From the NCBI GenBank assembly GCA_964016885.1, contig OZ024741.1, positions 356,562,001 through 356,626,000 on the forward strand: a stretch of DNA of 64,000 bases. The letters are read 5' to 3'. The notes under the pieces were generated by a model, which was not told the DNA's origin, searched no databases, and saw only the letters and a program-made list of their open reading frames with translations. The position numbers and the translations under genes were made by a program. Origin of the DNA: Eledone cirrhosa. Taxonomy: Eukaryota. Positions 1-12,649 of the stretch are shown here, one piece after another; the first letter of the stretch is position 1, and each line of letters opens with the position of its first letter.

Positions 1-82
1 ATTTACACACACATACATATGCATTTCTCCAAGAGCATTTTAGTCTGTACGTTTGTGTGTATTTTTGTATATATATATATAC

Positions 83-450
83 ACGACCGTGACTTCTGGC
101 GTCACACAGTAATACAGAGTACCCGACCTCCCATGGGTACAAGCTGAAGCATATAGACAATATGCCCCCACACCCCCCACCGCAAGGTGGTCGTGGAGGT
201 GCCACGGCAAAAAAGCACCCAGCCCACACTGTAAAGTGGACGTGTAGGCGCCACGAAAAAGCACCCAGCACTCACTGTAAATGAGGTTGGTGTTAGGAAG
301 GGCATCCAGCTGTAGAAATCAAGGCAAATCAGTTACAGTATGAGCAAGGCATGGTCAGCCGACCAGACACTTCCCACAACAGGACAACCCGTCTAACCCA
401 TGCTAGCGTGGAAGAATGGACGTAAAACGGTGATGATGATGATGATGATG
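83..450 (+). mobile_element. 3' end of RTE-clade LINE (tail family ending in (GAT)n)
   Basis: Begins with the last codons of the RTE ORF (DRDFWRHTVIQ). Continues with aaaagcacccag-cactgtaaa repeats, ggtgttaggaagggcatccagc and a (GAT)n tail, as in 4430-4828. Confidence 0.8.
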
Positions 451-588
451 ATATATATCAAAATATATATATATATATATATATATCAGAATATATATAT
501 ATATATATATCAGAATATATATATCAGAATTTTACCAGTTTAAACTAGTTCAGCAGAGAACTTGATACTTGGGACTGTAGAGTGTAAA

Positions 589-680
589 TATAGTAGAGAA
601 TTAGGGCCTGACAGCTGAGCTCTTGCTGTTTCGACAGTAAATTCCAGAGCTCAGCCATCGGGCCCTAGCTCTCTACTATA
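589..680. repeat. Palindromic hairpin element
   Basis: Arms tatagtagaga/tctctactata, tagggcc/ggcccta, gctgagctct/agagctcagc, with inner ttgctgt-ttcg-acagtaa. Confidence 0.8.
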
Positions 681-1229
681 TATATATGTGTGCATGTGTG
701 CATGTGTGTGTGTGTTCATAGGGGAAGACAGAGACAAAACAAGAGAGAGAGAGAGATAGGTAGAGAGAGAGAGAGGGGAGGTGCAGAGCATCAGAGTATG
801 GTCTGTATACATAACATTGCCAATGGAAAGAGCGAGAGTAGAAGGTAAACCAAGCGAAAAAAGGAAGACAGACAGATAAACTTAGCGAGATATAAATTTT
901 GGTACTGATTGTTTTAACATTATGATTCTGTCATGAGATCTCTCACATATACATTTCTTCTGTGTTTCAGTTATTTTAACAACCTTTCCTATTTTCTCTG
1001 TCACTCCTCACACAAACCTTGCTATCATTCTCGTGTCACTGCCAATGTCACCCTCCATTGCTAATCGTGAATATTTTAATGCATCACATGTTCCTGACTA
1101 TATGCTTCATATTTGTGTAAATCTGTGGTATTTTTCGGCTTCTTCCTAATCAATGCTTTAATCTATATGTGTGTATGTGTATCTGAAAGAGAGAAAGAGA
1201 GAGCGAGAATGTGTGAGCGTGTATGTGTA

Positions 1230-1423
1230 CAGGGCTGGATTAACCATTAAATAAAACAAACACATACTTAGGGCATCAAGGAAAGAGGAGCACCATTTTA
1301 TTCAAATGAATTGTACATGTCATTCCCCTCACCGCCAATTTTTTTTGCAGTTTTTATATATGGAAGGGAGGGATCATAATCTTATATGTACTTAGGACCT
1401 TGTAAGGATTTAATCCAGCCCTC
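1230..1423. mobile_element. hAT-like MITE
   Basis: 13-bp TIR agggctggattaa / ttaatccagccct, inserted in (GT)n; TSD degenerate. Confidence 0.65.
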
Positions 1424-1599
1424 TGTGTGTGTGAGCGTGTGTGTGTATGTGTGAGTGTGTGTATATATGTTTGTGTGTATATGTGTGTGTGATCATATAT
1501 TAATATTGTTATATACTTATAATATTCTGGCTACATGTATGTATTGAGTGCTCATTCAGTTTGACTGTTTCTATGTACATCTGTACATAAAGCACAACC

Positions 1600-1739
1600 C
1601 TCGTTATACATACATATATACATACATACATATATACATACATATATACATACATATATACATACATACACATACCGCCCCCCCCCCCATATATATATAC
1701 ATGCATACACATACATACACACACATATGCACACATATA

Positions 1740-1825
<86 letters not shown>

Positions 1826-1875
1826 CATTCATACACACACCCACACCCATATATATGCATATATATGTACATGCA

Positions 1876-1906
<31 letters not shown>
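1600..1906. repeat. (TACA)n/(TA)n/(CA)n compound microsatellite
   Basis: Directly visible. Confidence 0.95.
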
Positions 1907-1907
<1 letters not shown>

Positions 1908-1911
1908 ATTT

Positions 1912-2084
1912 TGTTGGTGTTAGGAAGGGCACCCAGCTGTAAAAACCCCGGGCAAATTTACAGTCCCGTCAGAGCAAGGTATGGTGTGGCCAATCCTGGC
2001 CAGACTTATCGCTCAACATGGATGACCTATGAAAGCATGGAAAAATGCCCGTTAAACGCTAATGATGATGAAGATGATGATGAT

Positions 2085-2085
<1 letters not shown>
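1912..2085 (+). mobile_element. RTE-tail short retroposon copy
   Basis: ggtgttaggaagggca...gcatggaaaa...(GAT)n. Confidence 0.7.
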
Positions 2086-2121
<36 letters not shown>

Positions 2122-2313
2122 CACCAATTTATCATTGTTGTGGTATACGTATGGCCACTGCTTTTGGTTGCTCTTCAAGGTGTCACACTTTATAAACTTT
2201 TGTGTTTACTCTGGACGATAATGTATTAACTTCTCATTCCATTGACCATTCGATTAGTATCTACTATATTGGGCTACAACTTCGATTCATATCCAATATT
2301 ATATATATATATA

Positions 2314-2560
2314 TTGTGTTGGCACCTCGATAAAAAAGCACCCACCACTCACTGTAAATGAGGTTGGTGCTAGGAAGGGCATCCAGCTGTAGAAATCAAG
2401 CCAAAATCAGTTCTGTATGAGAAAGACATGGTCACCTGACCTGGGATTGCTCACAACAGGACAACCTGTCTAACCCATGCTAGCAAGGAAGAATGGATGT
2501 AAAACGGTGATGATGATGATGATGATGAATGGATGTAAAATGGTGATGATGATGATGAAT
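2314..2560 (+). mobile_element. RTE-tail short retroposon copy
   Basis: Same core and (GAT)n tail; the terminal segment is duplicated. Confidence 0.75.
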
Positions 2561-2564
2561 TATG

Positions 2565-2686
2565 ATATATATATATATATATATATCTATATATCTATAT
2601 ATATATATATATATATATGTTTATATATATATATGTTTATATATATAATATGTTTATATATATATATGTTTATATATATATATGTT

Positions 2687-2746
<60 letters not shown>

Positions 2747-2883
2747 TATATATATATATATGTTTATATATATATGTTTATATATATATATATATGTTTA
2801 AATATATATATATATGTTTATATATATATATATATATATATGTTTATATATATATATATATATATATATGTTTATATATATAT

Positions 2884-2936
<53 letters not shown>

Positions 2937-2982
2937 CATATATATATATAAGTTGCTTTAAAGATATATATATATATATATA
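2565..2982. repeat. (TA)n microsatellite with periodic GTT interruptions
   Basis: Directly visible. Confidence 0.95.
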
Positions 2983-3189
2983 ACTCAATACATGAAGCAA
3001 GGAAGGAAGATAGATTAATTTATTAATTTACATAAGGAAGACATATGCAAAAATCCATTATTGTCTATGATGAATTCTTAATGAAGTAAATAGTACTAGT
3101 CTTGTAAAAGTCACTTGTTCTAGCTCTTTAAATTCTGTGTTAAAATCCCACTGAGGTTAACTTTGCCTTCCAACATGCAAAAAATAAAG

Positions 3190-3445
3190 TACTGCATGGC
3201 CTAGTGGCAAGGATGTTGGACTTATGATCATAATGTCATGGGTTCAATTCCTGGACTGGGTTGTGTGTTGTGTTCTTGAGGAAAACATTTCGTTTCACAT
3301 TTCTCGAGTATACTCAGTTGAAAATGTGTACCAGCAATGGCTGGGGCTTTAAACTTGCAATGGACTGGCATCCTGTCCAGGGGAAGTTTTGCCTCATGCC
3401 ATGAAACCAGGATAAGCACCAACCTGATGAGCCTCGGGACTCAGA
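3190..3445 (+). mobile_element. tRNA-derived SINE with V-SINE-like central domain
   Basis: A box tggcctagtgg, B box ggttcaattcc, ttgtgttcttgag core, tggactggcatcctgtccagggg. Confidence 0.65.
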
Positions 3446-3647
3446 ACATTCTCTAAGTCCATCTCAAATGGGAGGTGGTATTTTTATTAGCAGCATGACC
3501 CACCCAAAGTACAACATTTTCTTTTTCAACACATGATTTCATATCAATAATCTTACAAAACATATACAAACACAATATATATATATACTGTGGTTATTAT
3601 TATAATGATCATCATATTTCAGTTTTGACACTTTGCAATCACACACA

Positions 3648-3686
<39 letters not shown>

Positions 3687-3687
<1 letters not shown>

Positions 3688-4828
3688 ATGTCCCAATGCA
3701 AAGTATGGGTGCATAAAAGATGTAGTAGGATCACAGGTAAGCTAACTAAGAACATAGATTTTATATATGGCCGGTGCTCTGGTGCAATAAGTAGCAGCAA
3801 GTGCCCACTGAATACTAGCTCTTTCAATTTCACAGATGGTTCTATAGAAATAGTGGACAGCTTCCGTTACCTGGGTGACAAAATCAGCAGTGGGAGAGGG
3901 TGCTCTGAAAGTACAGTAGCTAGAGTCAGAATTGGATGGAAAAAGTTCAGAGAGCTTATACCACTATTGGCCGCTAAAGGGTTCTCCCTAAAAATGAAAG
4001 GCATGCTGTATGATGCCTGCATACGAACAGCAATGTTGCATGGCAGTGAGACCTGGGCATTGTGTGCAGAGGATATACGCAGACTAGAGAGGAACGAAGC
4101 TTGCATGCTCCGCTGGATGTGTAATAGTAATATACGTGAACGGCAAAGCATAAACGAACTAAGGGAAAAATTAGAAATAAGAGGGATCAGATGTTGTTTA
4201 CTCGAGAGAAGGCTATGTTGGTATGGACACGTGATGCACATGAAAGACGACAGCTGTATAAAAAAGTGCAGGGCAATAAAAATAGACGGTAGCCACAGAG
4301 TAGGAAGACCCAGAAAAACCTGGGACGACTTGATAAATTCCGACCTCACACACTTACACCTCTCCAAGACAATGTCACTGGACCGAGATCTTTGGCGCTA
4401 CACAGTAATAGAGAAGACCCGCCTTACCTAAATACAAAGTAGAACCTACTACAGTCAGTAGGCACCTCTAACAAAATACACCCCTGTCCCACTACCCCCA
4501 CCCCATCCACACCACCCCTTTCAATGTAAAGTTATGTTGGTACCACAACATCCAGGCCAAAACAAATGAGGTCGTGTAGGTGTCACGGCAAAAAAACACA
4601 CAGTCCACGCTGTAATGTGGCCGTGTAGGTAACACGCTAAAAACCTCCCAGTTCCACACTGTAAATGTGGTTGGTGTTAGGAAGGGCATCCAGCCATAGA
4701 AAACCCGCCAGACAGTCCTATGCGAGCAAGACAACCACTCTTGCCTCAAGTGGGAAAACTCCCGTCCAAACCCATGCAAGCGTGGAATATGGACGTTAAA
4801 TGATGATGATGATGATGATGATGATGAT
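3687..4828 (+). mobile_element. 5'-truncated RTE-clade LINE (RT C-terminal part, 3'UTR, (GAT)n tail)
   Basis: Open frame with VDSFRYLGD, MLHGSETW, RRLCWYGHV and GRPRKTW; stop at 4431; tail family follows. Confidence 0.9.
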
Positions 4829-5326
4829 ATATATATATATGTGTGTGTGCGTGTGTGTGTGTGTATACATATATTAAAAATAGGTAGGGATTGCACAGGT
4901 CAAACAAAATGGAAAAAAACAATGGAAAGACAGACAGTACCATCTCCTCAGTCAACCTCTGGAAATTACTACAGTTTCAGTACATTAAGGTCAATACCAT
5001 TCATTACAGTGCACATTGGGACATAACAAAACAGGTAGAGACAAGTTATGCCTTTAGACAATTTACAGAAATATAGAGTGTGCAAGGGCTTAACTAAAGG
5101 AGAACAATATAGAAAGGAGAGAAATAGTAAAGCAGAAGAGAATAAGGACTACTGTCCAATGTGTAGACGAAGAAGGACACTGAGGCATAGAAAAGGTAAG
5201 AAGGGAGAAGAGGGGAAAACAAGCTGGGCAGTGTGATGTCTATTACATGATAATTTTAAAAAAAGCTTGCATCTTTAAGTCTTTAGAATAAAAATTCAAT
5301 TCAAAATAGGGCTATATATAAACACA

Positions 5327-5458
5327 CAGGTAAAATTCTGTTATAACGAATACCATTAAAACAAATTTTTCAGTATAACAAAATCTTTTTCCACCCCCAC
5401 CCAAAAGCTCGATGTGTTTCGGTCGATCTCGTTTTGTTTCAACAAATATTTTTTATAT
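5327..5458. mobile_element. Partial Tc1/pogo-like MITE (family of 51574-51748)
   Basis: caggtaaaattctgttataacgaatacc is the reverse complement of the right end of the 51574 element. Confidence 0.65.
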
Positions 5459-5472
5459 ACATACATATATGC

Positions 5473-5646
5473 ATATCTATCTATCTAAGGCGGGTAAAAT
5501 TCCCGAGATCCATGGACGAGTTCTCTCCAGCGGTCTCTGTCCCTCATTATCGCTGCCATATCCTGCATCTCCAACAGACCAGTGTCTGTCCTTAGGGCAT
5601 CAACATATGTTAACCTTGGTCTTCCTCTTCTAGTGTGTCCATGTAC
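5473..5646 (-). mobile_element. 3' end of a second RTE-family LINE
   Basis: Minus strand reads HGHTRRGRPRLTYVDALRTDTG...MRDRDRWRELV..PP*, then an (ATAG)n tail. Confidence 0.7.
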
Positions 5647-5664
5647 ATGTATATATATATATAT

Positions 5665-6043
5665 ATCATCATCATCATCAACGTTTAACGTCCGTGTTCC
5701 ACGCTTGCATGGGTTTGGACGGGGGTAGTCCCACTTGAGGCAAGAGTGATTGTCTTGCTCGCATAGGACTGTCTGGCAGGTTTTCTACAGTTGGATGCCC
5801 TTCCTAACACCAACCACATTTACAGTGTGGGTCTGGGAGGTTTTTACCGTGTTGCCTACACGGCCACATTACAGCGTGGACTGTCTGGCGGGTTTTCTAC
5901 AGCTGGATGCCCTTCCTAACACCAACCACATTTACAGTGTGGGTCTGGGAGGTTTTTACCGTGTTGCCTACACGGCCACATTACAGCGTGGACTGTGTGT
6001 TTTTTGTCGTGACACCTACACGATCTCATTTGTTTCGGCCTGG
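5665..6043 (-). mobile_element. RTE-tail copy with internal ~116-bp tandem duplication
   Basis: Inverted, near-identical to 4555-4825; block ctgtctggc...cagcgtgga occurs twice. Confidence 0.8.
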
Positions 6044-6057
6044 TATATATATATATA

Positions 6058-6209
6058 GTTGGTGTTAGGAAGGGCATCCAGCCGTAAAAAACGTGCCAGA
6101 TAATCCTATATGAGCGAGACACGGTCACCCGACCAATCTTGCCTCAAGTGTAACAACTGCCATCTAACCCATGCTAGCGTGGAAGATGGGCGTTAAACGA
6201 TGATGATGA

Positions 6210-6211
<2 letters not shown>
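6058..6211 (+). mobile_element. RTE-tail short copy
   Basis: Core plus (GAT)n tail. Confidence 0.75.
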
Positions 6212-6250
<39 letters not shown>

Positions 6251-7519
6251 TGTATATATATATATACTTATATGTACACACACACACACATATATATATG
6301 TGTGTATATATATATATATACATATAAATATTTGTGCATACATATATGTGTGTATGTGTGTGTGAATGTATGTGTGATGAGAACTTTCATCACCTGTTGT
6401 TAGTAACAACAAAAAATGTGATTGATGTTTTTTTTTTCATTATTCCTTTTACTCTTCAAGAGGCTGCAAAGGTCATAAGTGTAGCTATTTCCTCCCCTGG
6501 CTAACTTATTTAAAAATAATACAAAAAATCTTATTATGAGGTACAACTGTAATAAGCATAGTAAAGAATGCAGGCAGAAAACAATAAATATTCTTAAAAT
6601 TGCAGTTCTTTACATCCATCTTCATCCTCATCATTGTTATCACCACCATCACCCAGTTTAGGTCTGTCATTTTTCCATGCTGGCATGCTTGGATGGCTTG
6701 TCACAGACCAAGTCAATACTTTTCAAATGCTTATTTTAAAAAGCCTATGTTTTATATGAGAGTTCATCATCACCATCATTATCATTTTACATCTATTTTC
6801 TACGCTAGCATTGATTGGACAGTTTGTCACTTTCTAAGACTTGACAGGTCAGAGGACCATATTTTGGCATGGTGTCTATGGCTGGGTGCCCTTCCCAATG
6901 CTAATCACTTCACAGAGGATAAAATGGGTGCATTTTATCATGGTACCAGCACTACCACTTTATACAGTATACTTTATATTATTGAACTGTGTATGAAATC
7001 ATTTATAATATAAATAGACTGTGTCAACAGTTTATGGTTAAAAACCTTCTGATAACAACTCACCCAAAACTTACTCTGGTTCTGAGAAACAGAACCACCT
7101 GTTTTAAAGGGTCCCTATTTAAAGTAAAACCTTCTAATATTATTTGATATAAGAACTCTTTATGTTATAAATACCATCTTAATAAGGGAATAATTAACAA
7201 TTTTTGTAAATCCCTCTAAATTCTTCATTAACTGAAATACTATATATATTATTAGGAACATGGGCATGAACATGTGAAACATTAATTTCTGTTTTTCCAC
7301 TTGGCATGGTATGGACTTATAACTCCGGATGGAGTCGTAGGGTGTCATATTGACATAGGGCATTTTTTAGGACATTTAAAACCAGGCAGAGTCCATCCTC
7401 TCTCCAAGCCTTATATTGATTTATTTTGTCATGAAGCAATGATAAAGTCAAAGATACAGGTTATTGATATATTACATAAACTTACTGTACTTATTTTTCA
7501 CAACCAATGACAAAAATAC

Positions 7520-7745
7520 AGACCCCACTCTGTAAGATGGTATTGGTGGAGTCATGATAAAATGCTCCCAGTGCATGCTGTAAAGTGGTTGCCATTAGGA
7601 AGGGTATCCAGCCATAGAAACTAAACAATAAATGGAAAGTATGAGCAAGATGTGATAATCTGACCTGTCTGACTTCAGTACATGACAATCTTTCTAATCC
7701 ATGCAAGTAAGGAAAATAGACATTAAATGGTAATGATGATGAATG
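7520..7745 (+). mobile_element. Older RTE-tail copy
   Basis: Diverged core cattaggaagggtatccagcc and (GAT)n tail. Confidence 0.6.
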
Positions 7746-8429
7746 TTATGAAAGGTAAAGTCAACATGGGAAGGGTTTCAATTTCAGAGATAGACAGATT
7801 GATTTTGGTAAATTTATTAACCGTCTTTTTTACATATTATTCATGAAATACACTGCCTATGTGTTACAATTACTTTTTAAAAATAGTCCCAAATTTGGAA
7901 GAATATAGTAAAATAATTAACTTTTTCATTAGTAAGTTGATGTTTAGAACATAGATTTGTGTTGAAATGTTTTAATATAATTGTTTTAAGGTCATTTTCC
8001 ATGGTAAGCCCCATGACAAGCTTTGTGCTTGACATGTGGTTCTTTTTGAGACAAAGCTTTATAGCTGGTTGTCCTTCCTTGCACTAACCATTTTAGTTGC
8101 CTCTTATGACACACAAGAATACAGTGTACCAATTCTAAACTGGATAATAATAGTATAAACACTTTAAAAAGGGCAGTTTTATATTATTAGAACTCAGAGC
8201 ATTTTTAAGCGGCTTTATATCAAAAGAGTTAATTAACATATAGCTAGTGATTTTCCAAACTAAAAGCTCGTAACAGGTGACTGACAAAAATATTACTAAG
8301 GCAGGAAAATGTGTTGTTTTTTTCTCTTGACCCCTTCATGACCATATTTCTAACAAAAATATATTGCTGTGTATTTTAATGACCAAACTAATCAAGAATT
8401 ATGAAAGGTTTAATGAAATGACAAATTTT

Positions 8430-9060
8430 CAACTTAATAATGGTTTCTAATTTAGGCACATGGCCAACAATTTTGGTAGAAAGAGGAAAGTCAATAATGT
8501 TGAACCCAGTATTTCACTGGCATTTTGTTTTATCAACCATGGAAGGATAAAGAACGAAGTTGATCGCGGTGGGATTTGAACTGAGTTGTAGTAAATATCA
8601 CAATGTATTTGTCCAATGCTCTAATGACAAACTACCATACTAACTTTCAATATAATAATGGTTTCTGATTTAGGAACAAAGCCAACAATTTTCCAAGAGG
8701 GGAAAGTTGATTAAATCAACCCCAGTGCATTACTGGTACTTTATTTTATCAACCCCGTAAGGATGAAAGGCAAAGCTAACTTCGGTAGGATTTGAACTGA
8801 GAACGTAAAGGGTCATAACTCTATGCTGTTAAGCATGTTGTCCAACGCTCTACTGATTGTACCAATCCACAGAACTAACTTTCAACTTAATAATTGTTTC
8901 TACTTTTGGCACAAGGCCAGCAATTATCCCAGTGTATTACTGGTACTTTATTTTATCGACCCCGTAAGGATGAAAGGCAAAGTTAACCTCAGCGGGATTT
9001 GAACTCAGACCATAAAGGGCCGTAACTCTTTGCTGCAAAGCATGGTGTCTGACCCTAATA
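8430..9060 (-). mobile_element. Three tandem tRNA-derived CORE-like SINEs (octopus OR-type-like)
   Basis: Each has ggcacaaggccagcaatt...ctggtactttattttatcgacccc..aaggatgaaaggcaaag..gggatttgaactc (B box on the minus strand). Confidence 0.8.
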
Positions 9061-9299
9061 ATGAAAGACAAATATTTAACTACTGCAATTTAATATTTTC
9101 TGTCATGTAATAATGAGATTTCAGTCCAAGATTTGAATATAAATTTGAACACTTTATTAGAAACGGTTTTGAGCAGTTTAGTATTTAAAGAGTTGAGCCC
9201 CAGCAGGCAATTGGAAAATTGATGATTAGATGTTTCAGGAGAATCTTTTTTAATGAATTGAGGTATTATTATTTTCATTATTATAATTATTATTATTAT

Positions 9300-10738
9300 C
9301 CACTTATCACACAGCATTTGTTGCTGGTGATGTAATTCTGGTGCTAGCAGTCCACAACCTGTGGACTGAGTTGGCACTTTCAATTATCAAGCACTTCTCT
9401 GAGTATCCTGATAGTTTTAAGGAGTGCTGTTTTCTGTAGGAGCCCCATTCTGGTATTAGCTCCAATTTTTTAACAATAGCTTTCAATTTTAGTGCTCACA
9501 GTACCAAGCACCTCCAACTACAACTGGGACAACCTCAATCTTTTCATGCTCTTTATCCTTCACACTACTATATCCTGGGACAGATATATCGATAATTTGG
9601 ACATCCCACAAACATTTAAATTCATCATTCTCTAACACCCTTTCCTGTCTCTGCTCATACCAAGTAGTTGCTCTGAATTACCCAAACTTCTCAGATATCA
9701 TCCAATGGATACATCTGGTAACATTATCATGTCTTTTATAATTTTGCTGTCCCAACTTAACATATTCATTTACAATATGGCTGACTGTTTCTCCTTTTTT
9801 TACCACACATTCTACATAATGTTGATTTTATTGTTAGTCAACATAATGTTTAATGTAGTTAGTTCGATGAGCCTGCTACTGGATGCTGCACCCCAGAGTT
9901 TTGGTGCATTTTTAAGCCTTGACCAACTCTTTTCCAAATCAAATCCTACCTTATCTCTAGTGTGCTGTCCATGCATAAGTTTATCTCTCCATCCCTTTTC
10001 AAGTTCTTTTTTCACTCTCTACTCTCTTCTTGCATTCATTAGGTGCTACTGGACCAGCAGATTTCAGTGTGTCAAGGTCTCTTATTTTTGACATGATGTT
10101 ACCTCTTATATTTTAAAGGTACCAAACTAGGTTGTTTTCTTTACTTTTGACACAATTTTCACAACTTATTAATCCTCTACTTTTTTTCTTTCTTCCAACA
10201 TAGAGTCTTGCTACATCACTCTTTGGGTGGAGTTTTTTATGGATTCTCATCAATTTCCTAGTTTTCCTATCAATACTTTTCAATTCATCTTTCCTCCATT
10301 TAATAACCTCTTCCCCACAGTACATGAAAGACACAGCCCATGTATTTGTTACCTTGATCTTATTCCTTCCCTTCAATTTAGATAACATTACAAGTCTCAC
10401 CTGCCTGAGGTATTCTCTTTTTAACATTTTAATTTCCATCTCTTTAATCTTATCTATCTCAAAGACTTCCAAATACTTGTATCCTTCCTCTCTGACTTCT
10501 TTAATAGTCTGGCGATTTGCAAACTTAATCTCTCTACTCTTTGTTAGTTTTCCACATTTCAGAGTTACAACACTACATTTTTGGATCCAAAACTTCATCC
10601 CAGTTTCCTGACTAATCAAGTTTACAGTAGATTTTAAGCTGTTAAATTCATCCTCTTTTTTCACAAATAACTTTAAATTATCCATGAATAACAGATGATT
10701 GATCTTTATACCATCTAACATATATCCATTTTTACTTT
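9300..10738 (-). mobile_element. 5'-truncated R4/Dong-like LINE (RT plus REL endonuclease remnants) in (TAA)n
   Basis: Minus ORF INHLLFMDNLKLF, YKYLEV, LHPKSDVARLYV..RGL; WRDKLMHGQ; C-terminal LQKTALL..RILREVL; (TAA)n on both sides. Confidence 0.85.
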
Positions 10739-10754
10739 ATTATTATTATTATTG

Positions 10755-11047
10755 TTCTTTGAGTTTCAGTCATTGATGTTATTTAACTGGAAAGTTTGTT
10801 GAAATGAATATCAAGCCGCTACCTGCAGCCTCAGATATTCAGGACGTATCGGAGAGTTCTTGCTGTTCCCAGCAAGCATGCCTTTTGGACTAACTTTCTT
10901 TAACCATCCTTGGAAACTCTTTGAGATAGTACCTAGTGTGCCTATGACAATCGGGACGACCCTGACTTCATGGCAGTTCCAAATCCTTTTTACCTCCCAC
11001 TTCAAGTCCTGGTATCGGTTAATTTTCTCCCTCTCCTTTTCTTTCAC
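10755..11047 (-). mobile_element. R4/Dong-like LINE 3' fragment
   Basis: KEREKINRYQDLKWEVKRIW...VVPIVIGTLG, flanked by (TAA)n. Confidence 0.8.

Positions 11048-11114
<67 letters not shown>
11048..11114. repeat. (TAT)n microsatellite
   Basis: Directly visible. Confidence 0.95.
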
Positions 11115-11479
11115 GTGTTTTACACTTCCTTCAGTTTTGTTTCCATTCCTCGCTGAATGTCTTCCCAACAACTAGGGCAGAGAAACTCACTGTATATATA
11201 GATAAGCTACAAAATAAACACACCAGGTTGTTCACGTCACACACTTTACACTGTTACAAGTATATCATTTGCTTTATACATGTGCACATTATCTGTTTAA
11301 AATCATATTTACAACAGAATGATATTCAATTATATAAGAGTGCTCAATTATTTACAACTTACATAATTATGGAATATAATAAAATAATGTTTTGTATAAA
11401 AATTACATAGATGATTATCTTTCTCACAGCAACAGTGTTCTCAATATGTGTACAGTACGAATTAAAACAATTTTTTGCG

Positions 11480-11915
11480 CTTCTTGCAATGGCAGTAAGC
11501 CAGGGATCATTCTAAAATAATTTTCTGTTCTTTTTTTTTATCATTCTTAGTGCTCCTACGTTCACTGGTATTGTGAACACCATGAGATGCCACATTTTTC
11601 CAATTTCAATCTGCAAATCTTTATATTTTCTGAGCTTCTCAAATTCTTTTGCCGCAATATTGTGATCACATGGGATGCTCATACCAATCAATAAACATAT
11701 TTAGTTATTTTGGTCTTTTACAATACTATCCAGTCTGTTAGCTTTGATGAATCTGTCTGTATGTACAGGAAAGTCCCAAAGAGTCATTACATTTTCTCCC
11801 CCAGTTACAGCCTCAGGGTGATGCTTGTACTACTTGTCAACAGTTTGGATGTTATAATGCTGACATATTAACCAGTGTAGATATTGGCTAACTCTGACAT
11901 GCTTTGATTTATACT
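11480..11915 (-). mobile_element. R4/Dong-like REL endonuclease fragment
   Basis: Minus strand LWDFPVHTDRFIKANRLDSIVKD...IPCDHNIAAKEFEKLRKYKDLQIEIGKMW. Confidence 0.75.
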
Positions 11916-12649
11916 CATCATCATCATCACCATTCTCACCATCATCATCGTCGTCATCCTCCTCCTCTTTATCATCATCGTTATCATCATCATGTGAAAC
12001 TTCTTTGAATTCTGCTTCTCTTCAGATCTTGCCAAGTGTCAACCTGACACCTGAGACAAAATTTGGTAATATCCACATTTAGCAATCAATTGGCTTACGA
12101 ACGATACCACAAGAGCATGAACAAAATAGTAAATGTCTTTGCAAGGTATTTAAATTGATAATGCCCTTCTCAGGAGATGTACAGTGCCAGTCAACACTAT
12201 TTTCTGTATATCTTGTAGAGATGGCTTTCCAGATATCTAGTCTAAATATTTTTTTTGTTTCCCTTTTTTATCATTCCAAGTCCACCAACTATCACTGGTA
12301 TTGTACAAGCTAAGCTGCCACATTTTCTAAATTTCAATCCTCCTGCATTACTTTACAAGGGACATGCTCATACCAATTTTCAATGACTCCATATTGGTAT
12401 TTACTACATAACATTCAATAAAGGTATCAACAGACTTTATCATGGTAGTGCTTGTATTTTTTTTTTTTTTTGCATAAGGCTCTCACGTCCACTTACCAAG
12501 AGGGTTGCATTTTCTACATTCTTTCCACAGAGACTTCATTTCAGAAGTTTTCTAGATGTTATACGTCACCGAATTGGTAGCAAGAGCTTGGTCTTGTGCT
12601 GCAAGAAGATGATGATGATAATGATGATCGTGATGGTGATCATGATGAG

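Noticed and set aside
1509-2961. Long YI/CV/HT-rich ORFs (also ~20016-20439, 21717-22285, 57953-58689, 60557-60968)
   Set aside because: Translations of (TA)n/(TG)n microsatellites, which lack stop codons.
3420-3450. Hammerhead ribozyme (ctgatga)
   Set aside because: No correctly placed stem II-GAAA; the motif is part of a SINE body.
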